DNA of 64,000 nt, taken from Naegleria gruberi. Lineage: Eukaryota. The notes under the pieces are model-generated. The model saw nothing but the letters and a program-made list of their open reading frames with translations, was not told the origin of the DNA and made no database searches. The stretch is taken from NCBI GenBank assembly GCA_000004985.1, contig GG738876.1; one strand, given 5' to 3'. Of the stretch, positions 10,598 through 21,314 are shown piece by piece (position 1 is the first letter of the stretch; the number at the start of each line of letters is the position of its first letter). The translations under genes were made by a program, and so were the position numbers.

Positions 10598-10716
10598 ATC
10601 TCTGATATTCGAAACTTGAAAGTTTTCATTTAATTTCGAATTGATTGGAACGAAACAATCATTTTTGAATTTAATAGAACTTTCTCAAAATCAATCAATT
10701 TCAATTGACCAAAAAA

Positions 10717-11631
10717 ATGTCTCAAGACAATCTCACAGATGAAGAATCGACATATTTCATTAGAAATTATCCATTAACTCATCCTTTCATCATGGCACAC
10801 TATAAGAAACAACGAACCATTCCTGTATTGGCTGCTCCTCTTTCTAGTTTTGCAGTTAGTTGTGCTACCATCTCGTACTTTGCCTTTAGTTTAACCTTTC
10901 CCGAGAAGAGATTAGTAATGGATTATGTACATGATGAATATTCGAATAATGGAAGTGGAAAGCCCAGATATAGTGGTGGAATTGTGGATGTGGTGAGGAA
11001 GATTTATGCTGAAGAAGGAATTGCTGGAGTTTTGGGGAAGAAAGAGGCTGTAGCAGCATTGATTGAAATGGGAGCTACCATTGGATATTTTGCAACTATT
11101 GGAAATGTTGTGAAATCTTTTACTGTACCGAATAGTTGGTTAGAATTTGCTATTGACACTTTCTTAATGAATACTGTGATTCATCCAATTTTAGTCGTTT
11201 CGTTTGCCCTTCATAAGAGATTTGACGACAAAACGAAAGATAATAGGGGATTTATTGAGACTGCAAAGAAGATTTATTCAGAAAGTGGTGTGAAAGGATT
11301 TTATCGTGGTTTTGGTTGGTCTTTTTTATTCCACCTTGAAAAGGTTTACAAAAAAGGTTTAGCTTGGGTAATTCGTTCAGGAGTGGAATTTTTTCTTGAC
11401 ATTGAACATGAAAACTTGGATGCTGAAACACACTTTACATTGAAACATATTGAAATTAATTTAGTTAAAATCCTTTACGATGTGATAATGCCATTCTCAT
11501 CATCCTTGGGTAGATATGTTGGAGATCAGGGAGCTACCTATTCCAATTACTTTGATTGTGTGAAAAAGACTTACCAACAAGAAGGATTGAAAGGATTGTA
11601 TAAGGGTTCATGGGTGGCAATCTTTTTGTAG
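10717..11631 (+). CDS. Mitochondrial carrier (SLC25)-like protein, divergent (304 aa)
   Basis: First ATG is at 10717 (aaaaaaATGTCTCAAGAC); the track's 'MTKK' start is a TTG. There are three carrier-like repeats ending in G(I/V)xGxxxG-type motifs (GIAGVLGK, GVKGFYRGFGWSF, GLKGLYKGSWVAI). The canonical Px(D/E)xx(K/R) motifs are degenerate, so the call is tentative. Confidence 0.5.
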   Translation: MSQDNLTDEESTYFIRNYPLTHPFIMAHYKKQRTIPVLAAPLSSFAVSCATISYFAFSLTFPEKRLVMDYVHDEYSNNGSGKPRYSGGIVDVVRKIYAEEGIAGVLGKKEAVAALIEMGATIGYFATIGNVVKSFTVPNSWLEFAIDTFLMNTVIHPILVVSFALHKRFDDKTKDNRGFIETAKKIYSESGVKGFYRGFGWSFLFHLEKVYKKGLAWVIRSGVEFFLDIEHENLDAETHFTLKHIEINLVKILYDVIMPFSSSLGRYVGDQGATYSNYFDCVKKTYQQEGLKGLYKGSWVAIFL

Positions 11632-11671
11632 TCTATCACCAAGAAGCTCTTTACAAGGGTGTATTTTGATG

Positions 11672-14600
11672 TTAAAACTTTAATCCTAACTGTTCCAACA
11701 TTTTTTTCATCTTTGCATGCTCCCTTCTCAATTGTTCCACTTCATCAATTTCCTCCATAATGATTGATGATGACTCTGCATTGTTGGTAGTAATAACTTC
11801 ATTGAATGGAATGTCCAAATCTCTGAATCTTTCCTTCATTGATTCATAAATATCCTTCTCCTCAATAATGAGTGGAAAATTTTGTCCAAAATAATTTAGT
11901 GTTAGTAAATTGGCCTTTACAAGGAATGGATTCTCTAACAGTATATTGGTGGCCGTTAAGGTTGTACTCAATTTCTCATCTACCATTTTCTTTATGAGTT
12001 TGAAGAACATGGAAAATGGTTTAAAATGTTCAAAGTTTTCCACACATGCAAGACAATTATCGTAATATTCGCATTTTTCTTTCAATAATCTCAAAATTTC
12101 ATCTCTCGACTCTCTATAGTTGTGAATTGTGGTGAGTGGATTTAATATTACTTCAATAAGAGTGCAGCCCAAACTCCAGAAATCAACTTCCTTTCCATAA
12201 TGATGATTCAAAACGCTTGGTGATTGATATCTGGGAGTTCCGTTTCCATATGACGTAGAAAATTGAGCATCCACAATTCTTGCCAATCCAAAATCTCCTA
12301 AAACATAATATTTCAAATCATTGGTAAAGTGGAAGAGAATATTTTCTGGTTTGATATCACGATGGATCATTGAATGTCTTTCATGAATGTGAATGAAGGC
12401 ATTCATTATGTGAATCGTCACATCAGAAATTAATGAAAGTAGATGTATGGCAAACTTTGAAGGAGAATAATCGAAAATTAATTTCTCATGGAAAATTTCA
12501 ATTTCATCTCTAAGAGTTCCTCCATTCATGTATTCCATAACTAGACATTCAGGGTCACAATCTTTCAATTTTGTTTTACTTTTTACCAAGCTGATACAAG
12601 TAACAATGTTTGGGTGATATCTGCATTTTTCCATCATTTTGAACTGTTTAAATAATAATGACTTTTTAGTCCTCATAATATTGCTACTTACCTCATCGAA
12701 TTTAGTTGTGCTCAATCCACTATCATCAAATTTGTAGAATTTGAAAACAAATAAACGTTTGGATTGGATGTGATAAAAAATGAATACTTTTCCTTGACTT
12801 CCTGTTTTCCCAAATTCCTTGATTTGCACAAATTCAGATTCCCGTTCTCTATTCAATAATAGAGATTCCTTTGATTCTCTTTCATTTTCGACAGTAATTA
12901 TAAAGGGTGTTGGTTCAGTAAATGATAAATATTCATCACTCTCATAAGATACTTGTGGCCTTGATTCTGCATTTGTAATATATGCTGAAAGAAATCCATA
13001 GTATTTCCCTTTCTCAAGTTCTGAAATTGGATATTTATGGAATGGAATAGAATTTTGTGTTACCCATGTCAATAAATTGGTTTGTTGTGTCATATCCTCT
13101 TCCAATAGTGATTTTCCGTTTACCAAGAAATCAAGTATTTTGATAAGAACTCTTTCATAATATTCCTTATCACTTCCCTTTTTTCCATTTTCAATAACTC
13201 TGTAGAGAAGATTTCTTTGGTAAGCATCTTTCTTTTCAACAAGTTGCTTCACAAGCTCACCCAAATTTTCAGAATATCCCATCTGTTCCAATAAATATTG
13301 AGCCACTTTGAAATATCCGTGCTCGATGGCTAAATCTACTGCTCTCAATCCGTTTCGTGTCTTTGTGTCCATGGAAAGCTTATACTTTTCCACCAACAAC
13401 TTGACTATTTCTAAAGCTCCAACAACTGATGCTCCATGAAGGAAAGTATTTCCCTCCAAAGTGGTCATGTTATTATCTGCTCCACGATCCATTAACCATT
13501 CAACAATATTGGCCTTGCCATAATATATCGCATAGTTAACAGGACTGGAATGTTTAACATTGGTAATTTGATTCATTAGCTTGTGCAGAGTTTCTTTTGA
13601 AAGTTTGGTTTCCAAATATTCCAAAACATTCAAGTGACCATGAATAGCTGCAGCATGAAGGATATTCTCACCATTGTTATCAATTTGTGGATCAGCGCCA
13701 TGTTCCAACAAAAATTGAAGACATTCCAATTGGCCCATAGTACTAGCTTGCAAAACAGGTGGTTGATAGGGATGAGTAGAGAAGTTTGGATCCACCTGCA
13801 AGTCTTCTATCAAATACTTTAAAATATCAATTCTTCCAACAGAACAAGCAGCAGATAGGCATCTTTGTACTGATTTTAGGTTGGTTTGCATAAAATCATC
13901 TCTTCTTGGCAAAACCAATTTGAAAATAGAGACATCCAAGCTGTTGAGTGGCACATATTCTAGAGGGAGGTTTCCAGATTTGTCAATTTTCAATGCCAGA
14001 TGAGGATATTTTTGTAGAATATACTCTATGAGATCCTTATTCTTTGATCCAATACTCAAGTGGGCAATATTCTTGTCTGCTTGGTATTCAACCTGTTCAG
14101 GATTAATATTTAATTCCTCGATAAGATACTTGACAATTCTTAAATGACCAAAATTGGCTGCCGTTGAGAGACAATCCAATTGGTTAAATTGACGTAATGT
14201 GAAAGTCTCCTTGTATTTGGTCAAATATTGTAATATTTCTAAATGGCCAAGTTCAGCATAAAGATTGGGAAAGTTTGCATTTGAGTTATTCAAATAGTAA
14301 AATCCATTCCTCATGAAATAATCTGCCAAATAAATATTCAATCCAAGTTCGGCACACCACAAAGTTGGATACTTGTTATTCACATCTTTGAATTTCTCAA
14401 CTGGATATTTATCCCTATTTGAAAGGAAATAGTAGAGAATTTTCATAGATCCATACATGGATGCCAAATGGTAACATGTTGGTTTCCTTGGATGATTGGC
14501 AGGTTCTAACAATGAAATTTCATTATGAATTGAAAGAATGTACTCGAAAATTTCCACTTGATCATAAATTGAAGCTAAAAACAGTGGAGAATAACCATCT

Positions 14601-15397
14601 ATATCTGAGCAAGAACAACTCAAGCCACCTTGTTGTTCATCAGCAATTAAATACTTGAAAATTGATAATGATCCATGCATGGCAGAATAATGCAAAACAT
14701 TCCTGCCTCTATGATCTATAAATTGCAAAGCCTCCTTGCCAAATTTTCCAACCAATTGTTGGAAAAGGCTTAAATTATCATTCATTGAAGCAATCATTAG
14801 AAGATTTCTACCCTCGGAATCTCTCATATCCTTCAAACTCTCCCAACATTCTTCAATCCACTCGAGAGGCACCATAAACAACAAATGCAATGGATGGCAC
14901 TCTTTGCAATCAATCACTGATTTTTCTGCTAATTTACACAATCTAACAAAAGACTCCTTCTCTTGTTTCACAATGGCATTCACGAACAATTGATGAACAT
15001 TATCATCATGATTAAATTTCTTTACATTGATCAATATTTCAACCATTGATTTCCTCTCGGAAATAATCATCCAATCTAACCAATTAAAATCCACGAGAGA
15101 AATTGACAAATCTACCAACTTGGTCAAATAAAACAATCTCAAGATGAAATTTGCTAAACTTGACTTTCTTCTCGTGATTAACTTGTTCAGGTAATTGTTT
15201 AATTTTCCCTCCAACATTAAGTAATTAATTAAATTTTGATTTAAATATAAATTCTGACCAACATTGATTGTATGTTGCTCATCCGAACAATTTCTCAGCA
15301 AGGCATTGGGTGAATCCTCCACGTACGCCTTCTCAAAGAGTAGAATTTCAGTGTTGAAATGATCTTCAAGAGGTGAAGGAGTGACTTTTCTTTCCAT
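11672..15397 (-). CDS. Ankyrin-repeat protein kinase (1241 aa, single exon): N-terminal ankyrin repeats (15 or more), C-terminal Ser/Thr-type kinase domain
   Basis: ATG at 15395-15397. Many ankyrin consensus units (G.N.LH.A...GH..IVKYLIE...). The kinase domain has a divergent Gly-loop (EFGKTGSQGKV), VFK lysine, HRDIKPENILF catalytic loop, DFGLAR, and GTPRYQSPS. A convergent 3' end lies 40 bp from the previous gene. Confidence 0.85.
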   Translation of the reverse strand: MERKVTPSPLEDHFNTEILLFEKAYVEDSPNALLRNCSDEQHTINVGQNLYLNQNLINYLMLEGKLNNYLNKLITRRKSSLANFILRLFYLTKLVDLSISLVDFNWLDWMIISERKSMVEILINVKKFNHDDNVHQLFVNAIVKQEKESFVRLCKLAEKSVIDCKECHPLHLLFMVPLEWIEECWESLKDMRDSEGRNLLMIASMNDNLSLFQQLVGKFGKEALQFIDHRGRNVLHYSAMHGSLSIFKYLIADEQQGGLSCSCSDIDGYSPLFLASIYDQVEIFEYILSIHNEISLLEPANHPRKPTCYHLASMYGSMKILYYFLSNRDKYPVEKFKDVNNKYPTLWCAELGLNIYLADYFMRNGFYYLNNSNANFPNLYAELGHLEILQYLTKYKETFTLRQFNQLDCLSTAANFGHLRIVKYLIEELNINPEQVEYQADKNIAHLSIGSKNKDLIEYILQKYPHLALKIDKSGNLPLEYVPLNSLDVSIFKLVLPRRDDFMQTNLKSVQRCLSAACSVGRIDILKYLIEDLQVDPNFSTHPYQPPVLQASTMGQLECLQFLLEHGADPQIDNNGENILHAAAIHGHLNVLEYLETKLSKETLHKLMNQITNVKHSSPVNYAIYYGKANIVEWLMDRGADNNMTTLEGNTFLHGASVVGALEIVKLLVEKYKLSMDTKTRNGLRAVDLAIEHGYFKVAQYLLEQMGYSENLGELVKQLVEKKDAYQRNLLYRVIENGKKGSDKEYYERVLIKILDFLVNGKSLLEEDMTQQTNLLTWVTQNSIPFHKYPISELEKGKYYGFLSAYITNAESRPQVSYESDEYLSFTEPTPFIITVENERESKESLLLNRERESEFVQIKEFGKTGSQGKVFIFYHIQSKRLFVFKFYKFDDSGLSTTKFDEVSSNIMRTKKSLLFKQFKMMEKCRYHPNIVTCISLVKSKTKLKDCDPECLVMEYMNGGTLRDEIEIFHEKLIFDYSPSKFAIHLLSLISDVTIHIMNAFIHIHERHSMIHRDIKPENILFHFTNDLKYYVLGDFGLARIVDAQFSTSYGNGTPRYQSPSVLNHHYGKEVDFWSLGCTLIEVILNPLTTIHNYRESRDEILRLLKEKCEYYDNCLACVENFEHFKPFSMFFKLIKKMVDEKLSTTLTATNILLENPFLVKANLLTLNYFGQNFPLIIEEKDIYESMKERFRDLDIPFNEVITTNNAESSSIIMEEIDEVEQLRREHAKMKKMLEQLGLKF

Positions 15398-15897
15398 TTT
15401 TTAATGATAGATGTTCTGGTCATCAAGATATGGATAATTATTGGTTGTCATTGATAAGGGAGAGTACAAGATGAATCCTATGGCTTTTCTCTTTGTTCGG
15501 ATGTTTCTCTTCTTTCACAAGTTCTTGTTTGTTGGTAGGAAGGAAAAATTGAAACATTTTTTTCCAAGTTGAATTGATTAAGGCGCGAAATTTATTAAAT
15601 TATTTTCAATTTAATAATTGTAAATACATGTATTGAAAGGTACTGTACATTATTGTTCATAGGTTACTCGGAAAACAATTCCTTCTTTAAATTCCCTCAG
15701 AGGATATTTAAGATGAGCTACTTCATTTCAAAAAAGTAAATTTCCAAGTCGTCATCCATTCGGAGAAAACCATCAACTCAAAGGATATTAAATACTCGTG
15801 TCCTAAATACCCTCTGCGCTTATTTACTATCCAATCAACTAAATGCATTTATGAACACAAGTTAGAGTGGAAACTTCAAGAAACAATTCAAAAAAAA

Positions 15898-17615
15898 ATG
15901 TATCTTATTGAACTGTTGCTTGCAATTCTACTTGTCATTGCAACCATTATCATTGTGAGAGTTTATACGAGTTATAGAAAGGTTTCACACATTCCTGGAG
16001 GTTGGCAAATAACCAGTTTTCTATTTAGAATTCCAATTGTGGCAGAGTATGTCTTTATTAATAATCCGAGAAGAATTCTTCAATTGGTAAAGGAGAAGAG
16101 TGAGAAGGAGAATGGAAATGTTGTGAGAGTTAGTTTGATGGGTAGAAATATTGTCTATATCAATGATAAAGAGTTACTGAAAGAGGTTATTGTGACGAAA
16201 GGTCATAATTTCCCAAAACATAAGGCGCCTTATGAAGGATTTACTATATTTGGTGAGAATATATTGACCATTGAGGATTCTGCTGATGAAAATTTAAGAA
16301 ATCATCACAAGGTTTGTTCCCCTGCATTCACAAATCAAAATTTGGAATATCTTGTAGATTATTCTTCTAAAAGTATCGGAAAGTTGTTCGATAGATGGCA
16401 GAAACAAACTAAAGAATACACAATCAATGGAAAAACTGTACAAGGTTACTCACCTGCAGATATCAAGAATGATTTCAGTGATTTGACTCTTGATATTTTA
16501 GGACAAGTTGGTTTTGGTTTGGATTTTGACATTTTCTCTGCTAATGAACATTCTGAAGGCATTGAATTTAGAAAAAGTCTTGAATTACTTTTCACAACTG
16601 GTGTATTTGTTAAATTATATGTTGGAATGAATCCTCTCCTTAAATGGGCTCATCCACTAGCTCAACAATATTTTGGAATTGACCATGCATTGAAGTATGT
16701 GAGTTCCAAATTGGATGACATGATTTCTGTGAGAAAGAATGAAATTGAACATCAATTTAGTTTATCTGGTGAAGGTTCTGATAGAAGAGACTTGTTGAGT
16801 TGCTTGATTGAAGCAAATTATCTTCAAAAAGGTTTATTGACTGATGATGAAGTCAAGTCTGATGCGTTTATTTTTTCGCTAGCCGGCCACGATACTACTT
16901 CAACAACCTTCCAATGGGTAAGTTTTAATTTTTTTATTGTTATTTAAATTTTTTTTATTTTTTTAAAATTTTCAAATTCCATAAATAGTGTTGTTATGAA
17001 TTAGGAAAGAGATTGGATGTTCAACAAAAAGTTCGTGAAGAAGTCAATTCCATCTTGAAAGGAAGAAAGCCAGTCTTTGATGACTTTACCGAAATGAATT
17101 ATTTGAATTGTGTTGTTATGGAAACTTTAAGATTGCATCCACCAGTTCCAGCTGGTTTCCGTGTGGCCAAGAAATCAACCAACATTGGAAAATATCAAAT
17201 TCCAAAGGGTACCATTATTGCACTCGATTTGGCTAATACCAATTGGAATGAAAAACATTGGGAGAAACCTTTCGAATTTATTCCAGAAAGATTTGCTATG
17301 AATTTTGATGAAAGACAAAAAACTGAAAGTGATTTTACGTGGGTTCCATTCTCTATGGGTAACAGAAAGTGCATTGTAAGTTTGAAAATCTATATTTCAT
17401 TTATTTAGGCATTTAAATAATTCCAAATTTGTAAATTTTAGGGATTTAAATTTTCCAGATATGAATTATTCACCCTATTGAGCAATATGATGCAAAAATA
17501 TGAAATTATCACATTGAATGATGAATCTAATCCAAAAGATAGAGTATATGAAGTCCCTGGTCCAACCATCAATCCAGGAAATTTAAGATTGCTATTTAAG
17601 GAAATTTCCAATTAA
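15898..17615 (+). CDS. Cytochrome P450 monooxygenase (3 exons: 15898..16917, 16989..17375, 17442..17615; ~526 aa)
   Basis: N-terminal membrane anchor (MYLIELLLAILLVIATIIIV), I-helix AGHDTTSTTFQW, ExxR/PERF region (ETLRLHPPVP), and heme loop FSMGNRKCI|G split by intron 2. Introns are 71 nt (gtaagt...aaatag) and 66 nt (gtaagt...ttttag), both phase 0. Exon 3 ends ...LRLLFKEISN*. Confidence 0.85.
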
Positions 17616-17680
17616 TTAAAAAAATAATTTAATAAATAAATTGAGAAACACAAGAAATCAAATCTTGATCTCAAGTTGAA

Positions 17681-18883
17681 CTACCACATTTGGAATAAAT
17701 CATCAGCATTTGTTGGTAACATTGTGAGTCTCTTCTTCTTTTGCTCTATAAAATCTTGCAAGTCAACTGGATCACTATTTGCTGGACTCACGTCACTTTT
17801 TCTTGGAGTTCTATTAGAAAAACTATTCAATGGAGTGGATGTAATCGTACCAGGTGTTGGGAGTGGTCTTTCCTTAAGAGGTTTTCCACTAATTTGAACG
17901 GTTGGAGTTGTTGGAAGATTCGTCTTTTCCTTTTCAAGTTCCTTATTGAGAAAATCATTTCGTTCTTGTTTAATCTTATCCATCAGATTGCTGGTGTGGA
18001 GAGTTTTAATGTTAGTGCCTGTTACTGTTGATGTGCTTGGTTTTGGTGAGGTTAGTGCTGAGCTAGTGGTATAGTCAACATTCGAATAAGATTTCGAATG
18101 GACTGGACTTGAAGGTAATTGTACGGATTCTCTTTCTTTTCTTATCATATTTTCCAATAATTCTAAACGTTTCATTTCTTCTTCTCTCAATAATCTTAAC
18201 AATTCTTGTAAGCGATCTTCTTCAGAATTCGACCAATTTTCGGATGAAGAAGGTGTGAATCGAATAGACTTTCTTTCAAATAATTGCATTGCTTCCTTGT
18301 AATTTGATGAATCCAACTTTTCATTTTCAAATTGTTGCAATAATTTTGAGAATCTTTCTGTCATTTTACTGTCAGCTGTCGAGACATTCTTTCTAATATT
18401 GAAATTTCTCTTAACTCTGTCATGATGGAAAGCTGTGGTGGATTGTTGTTTTGGTTTTCTTTCAATTCTTGCAATTTTCTCGCTTACACTTGAAGTTGGT
18501 GGAGAGTTTCCTCCAGTTTCGGTTAATTGTTCGAAATTACCAATTGTCTTTCTGATGGAAGAATTAGTTTTGATATTTCTTGAAATTCTGTGATCCGAAG
18601 ATGGGGAATGATTCTTTGGTGATGAAGATAAATTTGGTGAAGAGGACATTCTATTCAAATTATTATTCGAATGTGGTTTAATCATCACAGAGGAAGAATT
18701 TGAACGATTTAATATTGGTACATTCGAATCATCCTTTGCTGATGGTTGAGTTGGCGATGATCCTTGCTTTTCAAAAATGTCAATTCTTTCTTTCGTCTTG
18801 TTGGAAATCGAAACTGTATGTCTCTTATTCGAATCATCAAACTTTTGAGCAAGGGATGAAACTTTTTTCACTCCAGGTGACAT
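17681..18883 (-). CDS. Ser/Asn/Pro-rich low-complexity protein with central coiled-coil (400 aa), unknown function
   Basis: ATG at 18881-18883, continuous ORF. Basic, S/T/P-rich flanks and a heptad-like segment (EEDRLQELLRLLREEEMKRLELLENMIRKERE). No catalytic motif. Confidence 0.5.
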   Translation of the reverse strand: MSPGVKKVSSLAQKFDDSNKRHTVSISNKTKERIDIFEKQGSSPTQPSAKDDSNVPILNRSNSSSVMIKPHSNNNLNRMSSSPNLSSSPKNHSPSSDHRISRNIKTNSSIRKTIGNFEQLTETGGNSPPTSSVSEKIARIERKPKQQSTTAFHHDRVKRNFNIRKNVSTADSKMTERFSKLLQQFENEKLDSSNYKEAMQLFERKSIRFTPSSSENWSNSEEDRLQELLRLLREEEMKRLELLENMIRKERESVQLPSSPVHSKSYSNVDYTTSSALTSPKPSTSTVTGTNIKTLHTSNLMDKIKQERNDFLNKELEKEKTNLPTTPTVQISGKPLKERPLPTPGTITSTPLNSFSNRTPRKSDVSPANSDPVDLQDFIEQKKKRLTMLPTNADDLFQMW

Positions 18884-19056
18884 GTTGTGATAGGATTGGT
18901 GTAAATTTTTTTCTTATTGGCTTGACGAAACCTTTCTAATAACTTTGCTAAGACTGCGGAGTGCAAAAACGACAATTTTTTGAGAATCATTGAAAAGGAT
19001 CCAAGAACCAAATCAGGCCAATAATTAAAGGTATTTAATGGATATTAAACGGCGAA

Positions 19057-19404
19057 ATGAAAGGTCCGAAAATCAATATTTTCAAAAAGAGATTCTTTAA
19101 GATTGAAGGTCATAATCTAATATATCAAACGGATAGTAAGGATTGCAAAGCTCTTGGTTCAATTGATTTGAGAACAGCTCTCACTGATATTGCTCCTGAA
19201 AAATCGAGTAATAAGAGAAAATATGTTTTCAGAGTAGAAATTCCAGGAAGAACCTACTTTATGTCAGCACCATCCAAATTGGAATGGAGAAGGAAATGTT
19301 ATGGATTAGTTCTTTCACTTTCTAATTTGTTAATTTATATGAAGAACTGTAAAGCAGTTATTGTAAACTTCAAAATATTCCGCATTCCAATGATATTCTA
19401 TTGA
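19057..19404 (+). CDS. Small PH-domain-like protein (115 aa)
   Basis: ATG at 19057. Sequence KINIFKKRFFKIEGHNLIYQTDSKDCKALGSIDLRTALTDIAPEKSS.KRKYVFRVEIPGRTYFMSAPSKLEWRRKC fits a PH/GRAM-type fold with the C-terminal helix Trp. Confidence 0.4.
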   Translation: MKGPKINIFKKRFFKIEGHNLIYQTDSKDCKALGSIDLRTALTDIAPEKSSNKRKYVFRVEIPGRTYFMSAPSKLEWRRKCYGLVLSLSNLLIYMKNCKAVIVNFKIFRIPMIFY

Positions 19405-19531
19405 AAATTGTTGAATTTAAACTTTCCACTGCTTTCTAATAATAAATTGACCTTTCGTCCATCATCAACTCCAAATAGTTCATCAATTAATTCATTGTAA
19501 TCAATAATTGTTCAACTTTCCACAAAAAAAA

Positions 19532-21040
19532 ATGTCTCAATTTCCACTCCCAATCTCCCACTTTCTCATCCGAAACCAAGTTGAATTTCTTCTTCTCACC
19601 TCCGATGGTAAACTCTTCATCTCCCCTCACATGCACAATACTCGTCACATTCACATGATCCGATCACAATATTTACAAGATTTATCATCCGAAAATTTTT
19701 ATATCACAATGACGGATAGAAATTTACATCAGAAAGATGTCGTGATGGAAAATACAAGTCTTGTAGAGTTTCGGTTGAAATCAATTGATTTGCTAAATGT
19801 GGAGAAGGTTAAGAAGATGAATGAGAATAGGAATGAGAAGGTGATTTTGATTAATGATGCTCATCAGGTTATTGGAAAGAATGTTAATGGAAAGGTTTCG
19901 TATTTGAGTGAAATGGAAAGTTTGATAGTGAGAGCATCAAGTTGGGAACCAATTATTTTGGAAAATTGGATATATGCTACAGAAATGTATCCTGCCTTGG
20001 ATTTCTTATGGAATTGTGAGAGAGTGAGATGTTTCAGTGTGTCTGTGAATGGAAATATTTCTCTAGTCACTGAATCAAACTCAATTTATATATTTGGAAA
20101 TGTGGAAAATTTTATTGGAAAGAAGTGTGAATTCAGAGGAGAGTACGAGAGAGATGGATTGAGATTTGTTCGATTGAGGCCACCAAAATTGGCCTGCACA
20201 AAGAGTCAATATTGTGAGAATGAATTTTCCACGAGTAATGACTTTCAAATCACTCAGATAGAATGTGGAATTTCACATGTTATTGTGCAATGTAAGAATA
20301 GAGATATTTATGTGGTGGGAGAAAATTCTGCCATGCTCATTGGATTGGAACATCGATCTCTGTATAGAATGTTAACTCCTCTTAGAATTTCTGTATTGAA
20401 CGATCTTGAGTATGTGGTGCAAATTGTTTGTTTGACATCTTGCACTCTTTTCTTGACAAGTGAAGGTCGCGTCCTATTTACTGGATCGTTTAAGAGCAAA
20501 TCAAATGGAATTGAAGTATTTAAACAACTAGTGGGAAGAGTTTCTAAAATTTCAGGAGAATCTTCATATGTCGCATTCCTAATGGAAGACAATCAAACAA
20601 TTTGCTTGTTTAATGTATCTCTACGATTTGGAGAAATGATTTTTGAAACAAATTTGGAAAAGGGTCAAATTGCTGACATTAATTGTTCTTCTTCTGGAAT
20701 TGAAATATTAACAAGTGAGGGAGACATTGAGAATATTTGCTTTTCCCACCAAGGAATGAAAGATATGGATGAAAACTATGGAATGATTCCAACAAAGGTG
20801 GTACCAGTCACTGTGAAAGAATGCTACAATATTACACCTTATTATTTCGAACACACAGAAAGTGACCTCTCTCCAATTCATCCCTGTACAAGAATTGCCC
20901 AATTTCTCATTTACAATCAAACACCATCCTACATTACAAGTATAGAAACAAGAAATGTCAAATATTTCAAAGAAAATTTACATTCAAATTTGAAATCCCT
21001 CTTAGAAACCTTCTCTGATATATCACTTTCCACAATTTAA
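19532..21040 (+). CDS. RCC1-like / beta-propeller repeat protein (503 aa), paralog of 6607..7897
   Basis: First ATG at 19532 (aaaaaaaaATGTCTCAA; the track's start is upstream and non-ATG). Blade-like repeats: CGISHVIVQCKNRDIYVVGENSAMLIGL, CLTSCTLFLTSEGRVLFTGSFKSKSNG, CSSSGIEILTSEGDIENICFSHQG. Confidence 0.55.
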   Translation: MSQFPLPISHFLIRNQVEFLLLTSDGKLFISPHMHNTRHIHMIRSQYLQDLSSENFYITMTDRNLHQKDVVMENTSLVEFRLKSIDLLNVEKVKKMNENRNEKVILINDAHQVIGKNVNGKVSYLSEMESLIVRASSWEPIILENWIYATEMYPALDFLWNCERVRCFSVSVNGNISLVTESNSIYIFGNVENFIGKKCEFRGEYERDGLRFVRLRPPKLACTKSQYCENEFSTSNDFQITQIECGISHVIVQCKNRDIYVVGENSAMLIGLEHRSLYRMLTPLRISVLNDLEYVVQIVCLTSCTLFLTSEGRVLFTGSFKSKSNGIEVFKQLVGRVSKISGESSYVAFLMEDNQTICLFNVSLRFGEMIFETNLEKGQIADINCSSSGIEILTSEGDIENICFSHQGMKDMDENYGMIPTKVVPVTVKECYNITPYYFEHTESDLSPIHPCTRIAQFLIYNQTPSYITSIETRNVKYFKENLHSNLKSLLETFSDISLSTI

Positions 21041-21314
21041 TCCTCAATCCACTCATCCCATTCAAATTTCCTCAATAAATCCTCTCCTAATCTTTAGTTC
21101 ACCTTCAACAATGAAAACGCCATTCTTCAACAAGGCAAAAACTTTTCATTGTAAAATCTGTCGCCCCTCCTTCAACAATTTTTTGGTTGGTTCCAATTTT
21201 TTCCAACCGCTCTTGTTCCCGTAATCATCAGGGTGAATAATTGGTGAAAAATTAAAAAATACCTCAACAATATTTAACAAACTCTTTCCCGAATATATAA
21301 TAATACCTAATTAC

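Noticed and set aside
8515-10666. GAAACGAAAC resembling a vertebrate ISRE/IRF site
   Set aside because: IRF-type factors are not expected in this kind of organism. I treated it as coincidence and report only the repeat itself.
11672-15397. Numerous 60-140 aa ORFs embedded in or antisense to long genes (e.g. 13634..13822, 14461..14658, 14736..14993, 25311..25499, 53436..53910, 58610..58792)
   Set aside because: They overlap well-supported CDSs in other frames or strands, have low-complexity or AT-driven composition, and have no motif support. They are chance ORFs.
17676-18031. Plus-strand ORFs 17676..17897 and 17741..18031 at the 3' side of the P450 gene
   Set aside because: They lie antisense within the Ser-rich minus-strand gene (17681..18883). 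The true P450 terminal exon is the short spliced exon 17442..17615.
19057-21040. Possibility that the PH-domain ORF (19057..19404) and the RCC1-like ORF (19532..21040) are one spliced gene
   Set aside because: The PH ORF ends in a stop with no GT donor that would keep the frame. The downstream ORF has its own A-rich ATG context. I kept them separate, but RNA-seq could overturn this.
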